DNA from: Eledone cirrhosa
Lineage: Eukaryota
Assembly (NCBI GenBank): GCA_964016885.1
Contig: OZ024742.1
Span: forward strand, 231,880,001-231,944,000
Length of the DNA stretch: 64,000 bases
Reading direction: 5' to 3'
Shown in pieces: positions 51,976 to 64,000 of this stretch. Numbering within the stretch: the stretch's first letter is position 1; each line of letters opens with the position of its first letter. Below the pieces are notes generated by a model. The model ran no database searches. It was not told the origin of the DNA and saw only the letters and a list, made by a program, of their open reading frames with translations. The translations under genes and the position numbers were made by a program.

Positions 51976-53020
51976 TTCTGTGTGTGTGTTGTGTGCTCAG
52001 TCTGCGCCGCATGCGCCACATCCGCGTGTCTGTGTGTGTTTATGTCCATTTATTTATTTGTTTATTTACATGTTACTGGTTGGTTGTTTGTTCTATGTGT
52101 GTGTGTGTTTTCATTTTGTCCTTAATTGTAAGTTGTGATGTTGCTGTTCCACTCATATTTTCTATTTAATTTTGGTTGTAATTCTTTTATGTTTATTGCC
52201 TCTGTAATTTGTCTAAACATTGCGTCTTTTCTGTATATATATATATATATTTATTTATTTATTCATTTATTTAGCGGGGGTTGATGAGAAGAGATTTGTT
52301 TTTGTGGTTCATTGCAGTTGTGATAAAATGATGAAATTAAAGTGATGTGAGTGGTGGTCAAGTCCATGGCAAGTGAAGTGTGTCCCCACTGTGAGCCAGG
52401 AGTTGTGGCTGGGATACTTGCCATGGTTGATGAAACCAGTAGCTGAAGTTGCTTGGTAGAAAATTACAAATGAACAACAAAACCGTTAAATTAATTTTTT
52501 TCATTTGGTGGTATGATTTACGACGAAATCATGTGATGAGCAAGAAAACAGCGTGAGAGGTTTGAAGAAATGCAAAGTGTACTTTTAGTAGTGTGGTAAG
52601 GATGTGTGGTTTAGGTCGTTGTAAACTGTGAGAAATGAATTGCAATTGTAAATTTACTAACTTCCATTGATTTAGGAATAGCTGGCAATGCCAGCACACT
52701 GGTAAAGGCCAGTGAGCGAGTGTCTTAGTGAGAGTCTGTATGCGAGTCTCTGTGTGTCAGTTAGACACTGTCTTTGACTTTATATAAGGTGTGACTGAGT
52801 CATGTCCAAAACAATAGAAACCCTTATCCATCGTTTAATTCGCTAAGGTCATAGGTCAGTATGTCGAATGGGTCATAACCTCGAAACAATGGAAAACTCA
52901 TCCGGTGTCGAATTCATTACACACACACATACACACACATACACACGCGCGCACACGTACAAATACACACACGCACACACGTATTAATACACACACGCAC
53001 ATGCATACATACATACATGA

Positions 53021-53372
53021 TGATGGCTGCCCCCTCGTTATCGAGTATGGCCATTGCATGATATAACATTATTAATAATTATCAATTAAGCTATCGTGCA
53101 ATGCCTGTGCGTGAAGATTTTTTTTAAAGCGAGGAAAGACTGTGCACTGAGCCAATCCCACTCTCTGAGCGACAGTAGCTATAACCCGAAAAGAAGAAAA
53201 GATCAACATCATCGGTAACTACTGAGCTGCAGGTTTTATATCGGGATTATCCCAGTTTCCTGAGTTGCCTTCTGTTAGAAGAATGTCCTGACAAAGGCTA
53301 GGGGTCCTTCACTCCCAGTGGTTTAACCGTGCGATCGGGTATCCAGTCAGATTATTTCTATGTCCCCGCGCA
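53021..53372 (-). mobile_element. RTE-related non-autonomous retroposon, short variant
   Basis: Homologous to 17003-17335. Confidence 0.7.
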
Positions 53373-53778
53373 TATATATATACATATGTATACATGCATA
53401 TACATAAAATACATAAACGCATATGTACATATGTATATACATATTTACACACGTTTGGATGGCCTTTGACTCTTATGAATTCTTACATATATTTGGACTT
53501 CTGTCGTTTTCGATGACGAGTGCTCCAGTTGATTCAATCAACGGAACTGTGAGCTTGTGAAATTAATGTGTAAGAGGCTGAGCATTCCACGGGCACGCAT
53601 ACCCATAAAGTAGTTCTCAGGGAGATTCAGCATGACACAATGTGTGACAAGGTTGATCCCTTACAGGCACAACTCATTTTTGTTAGCTGAGTTAAATGAA
53701 ACTACTGAAAAAAATATCTCGCTCAAAGAAGACATAACGCGCCATCTGGTCTGGGAATCGAACTCTTCATCTTACGCC

Positions 53779-53876
<98 letters not shown>

Positions 53877-54054
53877 TTATTGGTGATTGGGTAGTGAATT
53901 ACTAATAAAAGGCAAAACTACATTTTTGTCACGACAGTATATTAAGCTCACACCAATGCAATATGATTTCTCGCTTGACTTCTTCTCTTCTCCTTCACCC
54001 ACTTATTCCTGAGAAGGTCGTAGGGAGCAGAGTCCTCAAACACTCCCTCTGTCA

Positions 54055-54400
54055 GAATGTGTTATGGACTGGATCCCGTTAGGAGGGAGGATTTGCCTCT
54101 TGAAGCTTAACCTGGAAAATAGGTCTCTGTGGGTGGTGCAAGTTTATGCACGAAACAAGGAGTCCGAATACAGGTCCTTCCTTGATGAAGTCACTGCAGC
54201 GTTAGATGTAGTTAGGTCTGAGTCAAATATCTTGATGGGAGACTTTAAAGCATATGTTGGCACTGACCACCTGACATGAAAATGAGTGATTGGAAGGAAT
54301 GACGACCCCGATCTAAATACAAATGAAGAGGCCTTGCTGAACTTCTGTTCTAGCAATGGACTCTCTATTGTGAACACCTTCTTCCAGCACAGAGACATCT
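54055..54400 (+). mobile_element. RTE-clade APE endonuclease fragment
   Basis: VVQVYA, ILMGDFKAYVG and LLNFCSSNGLSIVNTFFQH. Confidence 0.85.
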
Positions 54401-54851
54401 CACTTGACTATAATATGTAATTTCTTGCAGTTGATACGTTCATATATCAGCAACAGTACTATATGAGGTTTTCCGCAAAAACTGCACAGACAGATATCTG
54501 GTTTTTTTTATATAGAGATTATTACTCACATTTTGTGGTTACACTTTTAAGTCACAAATATGGATAGATTCCATTGTGATACTGGACTATGTTAGAAGCC
54601 ATTTCTGTAGTCGATCATCTGGCGGTGAAATAATTGATAATTTGTTTGGGATTCTCTAGAGAAATAAAACTGGATTGTTAAGCTTATCCAGTAAAAAGAC
54701 GTTTGTATTTGTTATTTCGACGGTCAAATTCATACAGAATCCATTTTGTGTGATTGGTAGCAGGCATCCAGTAAATGCATCGATAAATGCATCGTTCGAT
54801 TCTCGTTGTAGGATCTGTTCTTATTTTTATCTTAGGCCACACTCGTAGATG

Positions 54852-54945
<94 letters not shown>

Positions 54946-54949
<4 letters not shown>

Positions 54950-55149
54950 AAAATGTGAAAAAATTCAGGACCTCGACGGCTGAGCTCCGGCCGTTTCAAC
55001 AGCTAGATCCGTGTTTGGATCTAGCTGTTTAAACGGCCAGAGCTCATCCGTCAGGGTCCTGAATTCTTTCATATTACCCACTCTACTACTCCAAGTATCG
55101 AGTACTCTGGTGAGTAATGGTCTAACTGGTTTTTACTGCCTCCATTCAT
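54946..55149. mobile_element. About 205 bp (TA)n-embedded hairpin element
   Basis: Hairpin arms 54962-55010 and 55017-55065. Homologue of 24269-24480. Confidence 0.75.
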
Positions 55150-56259
55150 ATATATATATGTATATACATGACATCTATATCACCGAAAGTGTTCGCCGAT
55201 TGTAACGGGTATGAATTTGATGCTGCGTTGTTGAATGAATTGGTTAGTGGTTCATTGTAATGTTGTAGTAAACGTTGGCTTGATGGGTGTAAGTAGATCT
55301 ATCCCTTATAAAGCACTGTGTGAAATGCCGTAGTGAATGAACGATAAACAAGGTCCCTCCTTTAATAATTTTATTACTTAATAATTTGCTTCAAAGTTAT
55401 TGACAATATAAGAAAAACAAAAATATTCACAATAAAATTATATATGTAACTGTTTGTGTGATGCTTTGGCGTGGTTGTTTGTAGTAAATGTGTTAACATT
55501 TGTATATAATTAACCTTTGTTGATAGAACTCCCTAGCCTAATGGCTGAGACCCCAATGGGTCGGAATAAATCCATGGTCAACTACATCGTTCGGATGTCT
55601 TTCGTGAACCCGAGCAAACTGCCTGGGACAGCCGAAGGCAGATTAGTTTTAAGAGGATAGCGTAATCTTCTGACAATCTGCCGATGGCCTCTAGAAAACC
55701 ATTCCTCCAGACAATTTGGCGACACTAGTCCCAAACAAAGGGATTATATATTTATGAGGCTAAAAGGTCAGCGTGTGTGGTCGCAATGACCTAGTTAGCT
55801 AATTTAGGAACAAAATTTAAAATCAGTCTGATAGCATTCGCTACATAGTTCTCCGCCCAGATCGATACAGGAGTAGCGATTGATAATAGAAGTAGTAACA
55901 AATCGAACTGTAAGCGTATGCTTTAAAATAAGTGAAATTGAGAATTTTCTGGCTGCCCACATGCAGAGCTGGGAGTCGCTGAACGTGGTTGCATAAGGCG
56001 AATTCTCAATTTGCAAGGAAACGGAGGCTAACTTCTTAAGTAAAAGCTGTGGCTATTTGTGTGCAGTTGCATGTATTGAATGCAAAATTGTGCAGCTTTG
56101 TCGTCTTGAGGCGAGTGTGCCGATAGTCTTTTTCTATAACTTCGAAATTAGTGGAGATAGAAGAGAAGAAAGAATTATCTCGTGAAATCCCACGTGAATC
56201 AATTACATAGATCCTGTGCTTTGTGCTAAAAAATCTGAAGATTTTCTAACCAAATGTAT

Positions 56260-56314
<55 letters not shown>

Positions 56315-57787
56315 TGTGTATAAACATTTACATGCATAAAATATAGAAAGTTTGAAACATGTGGAATCGAGATCGTCGTTGGCTGCGATTATAAGGAACT
56401 GTGCGTCGCTCATTGTATGTTAAGCCAAGGTGGCGTTCCAGAGTGAACTGAGAACTAAATTAATATTGAACTATGGCGGAAATGCGTGCAAGTGTAAGAA
56501 GCATATCTGTAGTGCTATAAATTTTAAGCTGCCTGCCTGAACTAGGCGGTTGAGAACCGATAGCTACACCGTATCTTCAACTAGTTAAGCAGAGAAAGAT
56601 CACGATATCCCGACATGAATCAAATTTCACACATGCATGTGTATGTGTGAAAATATAATTGTTCTTGTTGCATAACGTTTGAAGCAATGCGTGTGTGCAA
56701 ACATTTAATACAAAATGTATCAAAATTGCAAACATGAATGTGTATTCAGAAGTAAAATTATGAAAAAGAAACAGTACAGTTTACATTCGTATACAACATT
56801 TTTCAGAGACGAAAAAAAATTGTTTTAAACAAGTAAGAGTATATTTGTTTGTCTTCTGTATGTCTGTGCCTGTGCTGTTGCTTAACTGAAATAAATCTGC
56901 CGACGCTGCTAGGGTTTGATACTAATTTTCTTGTAGTTGCAAGCTTAGTTTTAAAAAAAATATCTTGTTGCTGCCACAAATATTGTTGAAGCGATGAGCA
57001 AATGAATTCGATAGTATGCGAAAACGTGATGTGTGCATAGCAGTTGTGTGTGTGTGTGTGTCTTGAAAGTCTGTTTCGTTGTTCGAAAGTTGTTTTCGTT
57101 ATTAATCTGACTATATGTTAGTAAGTCTGGGATCACCAACTGTTGCTAGGCGAATGATATCGATGCTATTGTTTTCCTATATTATCCGAAAGATGCATGC
57201 AGTACCAGCAAATGCATCAGAAAGCTGTTCGTTAGTCAGGGTCACCAAATGTAGTGGGTGTATATGAAATATTTGATTGTTGATTATTGACCAAATATGT
57301 TAACCATGTTAACCGATTGTAACGGGAGTGAATTTGGTGTTGTATCGTTGAATGAATTGCTCACTTCCGTCTGTTGTCTCTGGCCTCTCCTCTCTTTCTT
57401 TCTTTTTTCTCACACTCTCTGTTCGTTGTGTCTGTCTATATAGGACTTATGTCCAAATGAACACTTCACTATTATTCCTTCTTCTATCCCCTCTCTTTCT
57501 ATCTCTCTCTCTCTCTCTTTCTGTGTTGTGTCTGTCAACATTGGTTTGCAGCAAATTTTGTTTGTAAATAGTCGAAGAACCATTCATCCTGTCTTGTGTC
57601 CATTTCTTACTGTCCCAAGTGTACTGGAACTAGTGCTACCGATCTTAAAGAACCGAAACAACGAGGACGGCCAGCGGTCGACTGATGAGAAGGGACTGTC
57701 CTGTGTTTCGTCATTTTTCCATTGTCTTCTCTGACCCTTTTTTAAAATATGTTTTCTATTATCTTAGCCACGCGCTGGATACCTTTT

Positions 57788-57858
<71 letters not shown>

Positions 57859-59006
57859 TTGAAAAAGTATCCCGCGTGGCTAACCTCTTATTATTTTTCT
57901 CCCAACTCGCTGATTCCAAATTCAAATTCTAACCAGAGCGCTAAATCTGTATCGCTTTCTAATTGCCTGCTGGCATTTAATAATGTCTGGAAAGGTTTTA
58001 GATATTACCATTGTTTATTGTCACACTACATTTGCCATGGTACTTAGAGACTAGAGCCGAATGCTACCAGCGATTCGAGACAGATATTTCTCTAATAACC
58101 AATTTTTTTCACTCACTTGTTACGTTGTGAAATTGATTGGTTTTGCACACGTAGTTGGTCGGAATAATTTGTGTTTGATTTGGGATATGTTGGTTGAGTT
58201 CTTATGGAAAGATCGATGGATAGAACCTCGACTCCTAGCCATCATGTAAATTTCTGAACCAGTAGCAAATCGGTTAACGATATTTTGATGATGTGAAGGG
58301 ATTTCAGTTACTACTGTACTACTTACTGTGTCGCCTGCCCCATTTACTGCCATAGCCAACACAGACTGGAATCGAATCCTGTCGATCGATTGGCTATTGA
58401 TTAGGCGAGACCCGCCGATAAAGCTACATGCGCCGATTGTGCATTATTACATAATAAATGCAGATAATGGATGCTGTACGGTCTCTTACTGCATTAAGTG
58501 TGGCAGAAACTCGAGTATGGGTATAAATTTATGGTACGTGTGTTGTACCATAATTTATATTACGTGTGTTGTATCGAGGCAAATAACTTTGTGTCTACTC
58601 TGGGATTTATACATAACATTACCTATTGAGTACGCTGAGCTGCAACCGGTACTAGCAGGGAAACGTTATGTTAGTCCCATTTACCTCTTATTATATATAT
58701 ATTGTTATACTTTGGGAGGGTGATGCTGCCAATAAAAACATAGGCACCTGTTGGTTTTCACTTCAATTTATTACAAATTTCCGGTTGGTTGGTACGATAA
58801 CTGGATGGTTGTTTATATATTGTAAAAGCTCTTTCGTCACACATTCTGTGACTTCCTCAGTGACTTGGTTTTTATTTTGTGTCTCTCCTTTGTTCTGTCC
58901 TACACCATCTTGTTTTTGTAATATTAATAAAGATAGATAATCAAATTCACTACGCTTGATTTAACTAAACGATTCATTATATTGCAATTTGAGAGAAATG
59001 GTGGTC

Positions 59007-59590
<584 letters not shown>

Positions 59591-60113
59591 ATATATATAT
59601 ATATATATAATTCAAATTAATAGATATATATTTCCTTGAAATATGTGCTTTGTATATATATACAAAATACTGTGTGTTCTCATAAGATATATGGTCCTTT
59701 CTTTCTATGTATATCTACATATATCTATTTATTGGAATTATTATTACTCTGGACAAATGTCCATGGAACTTTTCTATTGGGAAACACAAATATCATACAT
59801 AATCGATATGTTTTGATAACTTAATTTTTTGTATATATACATGTATGTGTGATTTTTTGTGTATATATAAATGTGTGTGCGTGTGGGGGTGGGGGGGGGT
59901 GCATGTGTGTGTGTGATAATATTGGGGGTTTCCAATATAGACCCAGAGAAGCTCTATGCTATCCAGCTTCCTAGGTAAAGCAATAATTTAAAATCGACTG
60001 AGGATGTTCTCAGCCGTTATAGATTCTGTTGTAGACTGTTAGGCCACAGGCTGCAGAGCTCAGAATTTATAAATGTGGAGACAATAACCAAGTTATACTT
60101 AAAACATAATTTT

Positions 60114-60202
60114 AATTCTACATATGTTTCAATGTATAACGGCGGGCCATGCCACGATATACATGAAGTATCTGTCCGTCGCTCTACATATCTTCAGGAA
60201 TT
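60114..60202 (-). ncRNA. Type-I hammerhead ribozyme, intact core motifs
   Basis: AAUUC-CUGAAGA-U-AUGUAGAGCGACGG...CCGCCGUUAUACAU-U-GAAACAUAUGUA/GAAUU, with palindromic stem III ACAUAUGU. The 10.1-11.1 pair is U-U. Confidence 0.7.
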
Positions 60203-60970
60203 TATATATTGTTATAAGTTTCAAGAGTATTAGATCAAAGAGATAACTTCATACCATAGATGAGGCTCATACCATATCAATTAATATATTGCAAATTACA
60301 AGCACATTCAAAAGCAACAGCAAAGCAGAAGCGGTATTAAAGACAGTATATCAAAATGTAGTACTTCTATGCATACGTACATTACCAGACATATAATTAA
60401 AATTACATGAGATTTTTAGCGTGCATGTTGACGAGGAAAAGGACAGTAGTTAGTTAATTATGCGTTAGGCGTATAAAAATATATTTTTAAAAAATAAAGA
60501 ATGGAAAAGATTGATAAATTCAAGATCAAAATTAATTCTTCTTAAGAAGAATTCCAACGGTACACAAAATAATCTCTAACCATAAAACACTGGTATTGAT
60601 ATTATTTATATTATAATAGAATACAATGAGATATCAATATATAAATAAATATAGAATGATAGATAATAAAAAAACATTTTTTGTTGACTTACATAGATTT
60701 ATATATTAGAATGTTCAGTGAAAGTCTATACAAAAATATACGTATGAGACCACAATGTTATAATAATTCTCATTAATTTAATCTACCGGAACTGAAGGTA
60801 GTTATTATAGGTAAATAATTAAACTATAAATTTGCCCAGCATCTAGATGGAAAGTAGCTTTGTAGTTACTATTATAGTTTTCCACTAACATATTTTAAAA
60901 ATAGGTTTTACCGTTTGATGTCCGTAACTCGAAAAATAAGATCGGTTAAATTTTTAAAAGTGGTACCCCA

Positions 60971-61151
60971 GCAGTAGCGTAGCTAAAGTGTGTGCTGCCC
61001 GGGGCAGCCGTTGAATTTGCCGTATCTCGGCAACCCCACCCACAAAAAAAAAAAAATACAACATATTGCTCAGTAACTACCCCATAAAGTGCCAACCTTA
61101 ATACAAATGTTACCGACGCGAATCGCCCCATCCCTTGCTACAACACTACTG
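60971..61151. mobile_element. Possible MITE with CAGTAGCGTAGC-type termini
   Basis: cagtagcgtagc at the left end and gctacaacactactg at the right end, imperfect. Confidence 0.4.
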
Positions 61152-61509
61152 TACTGCCGCATGACTGCAGCCCAATGACTGAAACTAACGAAAGAATAAA
61201 AGAAGGAAAAACCTTTTTAAAATAGTAATACGGAAGAAATACGGAACAATATCAGGTCAGGAAAAATGCCGATATTTTTATTGATATATGTGTATAGAAC
61301 AATATCTTCATGAATTCATGGCTTTCCTTTATTATTTCAGATAGACCGACGGAAATCACATGTCAGGTTATGATAGATAGTATTGATTCTATAAATGAAG
61401 CTACAATGGTGAGTAAAACTGCACTTACGTTTAAAATAATCAATACATTCATAATAGCATACTAAATCAAACTTTACAACACTTTTCGTTATGTTCAACA
61501 ATACGGATA

Positions 61510-61668
61510 TAGGCGGTAAATTGGTAGAGTCGTTAGAACGTCGGATAGAATGCTTTTCAGTATTCGTTCCGATTCTCTGCTCTCTGAGTTTAAATCCCGC
61601 CGAGGTCAACTTTGCCTTTCATCCTTCCAAGGTCCATAAAAAAGTACCAGTCTAGTGCTGGGGTCGAT
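61510..61668 (+). mobile_element. tRNA-derived SINE, diverged
   Basis: ggcggtaaattggtagagtc head, B-box and body. Confidence 0.8.
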
Positions 61669-61674
61669 TCTTCC

Positions 61675-62000
61675 TCTATATCTCTTTCTCATTTCCCCTC
61701 TCTCACTTTCTATCTTTCTCTGGAAGAAATCTGCTGTACCCAGACCTGGAAAGAGATGGGCTCTGCCTGGTTTAAAATGTCCAAGAAAAGCCGTTTGTGA
61801 ATACGGCGCCCCTACACTCGATCAGGAGTTACGAGACTATATCTCTTTCTCACTTCCTTTCTCTCACTCTTTATCTCTCCTTCTCCGAAAGAAATCTGCT
61901 GTATTCAGAGGAGATGGGCTCCGCCATGTTTGAATATGTCCTAGAAACGACATATGTCAAGATGGCGCCCCCTTACGACTCCTTTGGAAGTTACGAGTCC
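61675..62000. repeat. Two tandem ~160 bp units of a dispersed repeat (inverted copies at about 28080-28220 and 49670-49765)
   Basis: Shared gaaatctgctgt...gatgggctc.gcc...cccct.a...gttacgag blocks. Confidence 0.65.
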
Positions 62001-62089
62001 ATACAAACAATACGGTTACATGTTTCATATTGTGATACTATGAGATTATACCAGATGGTATAAGCTGATAGGACTTAAATTATTTCATT

Positions 62090-62275
62090 GGTGGATTGGC
62101 AGTATCGGTAGAGGGTCGGACGCCGTGCTTTGACGCATAGTTACGGCCCTTGCCATTCTGAGTTCAAATCCCGCCGAGGTTAACTTTGCCTTTCATCCTT
62201 ACGGGGTCGATAAAATAAAGTACCAGTAATACTGGTACTTTATTGATAATTGCTGGCCAAAAGTAGAAACAATTA
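62090..62275 (+). mobile_element. tRNA-derived SINE, short variant
   Basis: Full head with A and B boxes, plus body. Confidence 0.9.
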
Positions 62276-62689
62276 TGTTATATTGTGTTATTTAAAGTGA
62301 ACGTTTCATGCTAAACCACAAGCTATTATCTAATACAACTCTGTTGTAGCGTCAACTTTCGTTGTCTCACTCTGTACATTTCACAGCTTAGACTGATGAA
62401 AAAAAAATTTAGATGTATTTCCGAATTCAATGTAATCATTGTGCAAACAAAGTGAGGAGATGGGAGGGGTCAAGAAAGGAAAAGAGTAGAACTGGAAACA
62501 CAATGGATGTTAAATGCAAAGGCTTTATCTATAAAGAACTGCATCCAGGGCCATCTTAGTTGAAGAGTTGCGGCTTTGAGAATTCCACAAAAGCAGTAGT
62601 GTTTTTAACACGATACAACAGAACTCTCCTCTATAATTTTGGAGGTGAAAGAGCTTACAGACTGTGCGTGCAACGATGTGCCCTTTTCT

Positions 62690-63380
62690 TTCTTAGTAGC
62701 CATATCGTATGTGTTGCGATGATAGTTTAGTACAGGTTTTGAAGGCAATGATTTCTCCATTATATCTGTAATAAAGATATTCGTTAAACTCTTGGATGTT
62801 GAAAGTCTCATGAGTATCCTTCGTGGTAAGGTAAATATTGAGTTTAAAAATAATAAAGTGATCAAAGGTGTTTGGAGAGTTGGTTGGTCGATCCAGGTAG
62901 GTGACAAGATTAACATATATAAGAAGTTCATTATCTGCATGGGGAGTGAGACAGCGAGAAGGAATTTCGTACATCCAAGTCATTAAGGGATATGATCTGT
63001 TATAGATGACGTAAACTACATGATGAGAGACAGTCGCACAATGTCTGGGGGAATTCGTTTGATATAAGGAAAAAGGGAATTTCCGTATGAGTAGCTGGAA
63101 GTACTAACGTTCAGAGAAAAGAAAACGATTATATATATATATATATATATATATATGGATTGTAGATAAGTGTAGACACTCTCATTAAAAATGAATTGCA
63201 ACCATGATGAATTTCGTTTGGCATAGACTGACGAAGTGAGTTAATGTTTGAAGATAAGAAGCGTGTTTCTCATTGGAGGATTTGCACGTTGGCAGATAGA
63301 AATCGAATAAGCTCATGGTTGGATTAAAATCTAGAGATATTGGTGTTGAAGAGAGAATTATAAATGTCAATAGAATGTAG
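62690..63380 (-). mobile_element. Possible ancient LINE APE endonuclease remnant
   Basis: FDFYLPT...YLQTL...KFIMV and TFDHFII loosely match APE motifs. Broken by stops and a (TA)n insertion. Confidence 0.3.
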
Positions 63381-64000
63381 TCATTTTTATATCTAGCTCA
63401 CAAAGCTCTAGATCATTCGTAGTTCTCATAATAAAATGACTGTTCATGTTCTGACTATTTCCAGACAGGATATTTGTAAGTCTATTTGCAACTTATTCTT
63501 AATGCTAAATTCCGACCAATGTTTAGTAAATGTAGATATGAAAGCGCCAAATAAGGCTATGGAAATCTTAATTGCCTCCTATTAATCAGAAGACATTACT
63601 TAAATATTTACAAAAGAAAATTGATAAAATATTTTTATCACCACTCCAGTTATGTGTCTAATGTAATTCCTATTTAAAAGGTGTCTGCTCTGGTTCTCCA
63701 GTGAAATCGTTTTCTATTCAAAGTAATGCTAATTTCTAGCGTTACAACAAAACACAAGCTTAGCGAAACTATACCGTTTCTTCATGGTGCCACTGTCTAA
63801 TTATTCAGTTTTGTTCCAAAAAGCACTTGTGATGCTCTATAAATATCATAATCCATTATTTGTAGTAATAAGACTGGACTGTTTACAGCTAGATCGATCC
63901 AATTAGTATGCGGCTGAGTCGATAAGATATTTATCAATAGGTCAAAGTATTGATGCATCAGTCAAAACGTCTGTGGCATTTAGTTACGTTTCTTTACGTT

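Noticed and set aside
62090-62175. Genuine tRNA genes at SINE heads
   Set aside because: A and B boxes are present, but there is no cloverleaf and each is followed by the SINE body.

Overview
AT-rich eukaryotic intergenic or intronic DNA, packed with microsatellites ((TA)n, (CA)n, (GA)n, (TATG)n, (ATT)n) and transposable-element debris. I found no supportable host protein-coding gene; most ORFs in the track are microsatellite read-throughs. The repeat mix resembles an octopus-type (coleoid cephalopod) genome, which is an inference. Recognisable elements are: a near full-length R4/Dong-clade non-LTR retrotransposon (39961-43896, minus) sitting in a (TAA)n tract, Penelope-like (PLE) GIY-YIG/RT remnants, Tx1/L1, RTE, CR1 and CRE LINE fragments, about 18 copies or fragments of a tRNA-derived SINE, a mariner end, MITEs and solo-LTR-like pieces. 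The most striking pattern is a recurrent non-coding architecture: short modules in or next to (TA)n tracts that carry type-I hammerhead ribozyme (HHR) folds, often duplicated as local fold-back inverted repeats. About ten HHR folds can be drawn by hand. Some have intact core motifs, and some show recurrent core variants (CCGANGA, UUGANAA). All RNA folds were paired by eye and none is tested.
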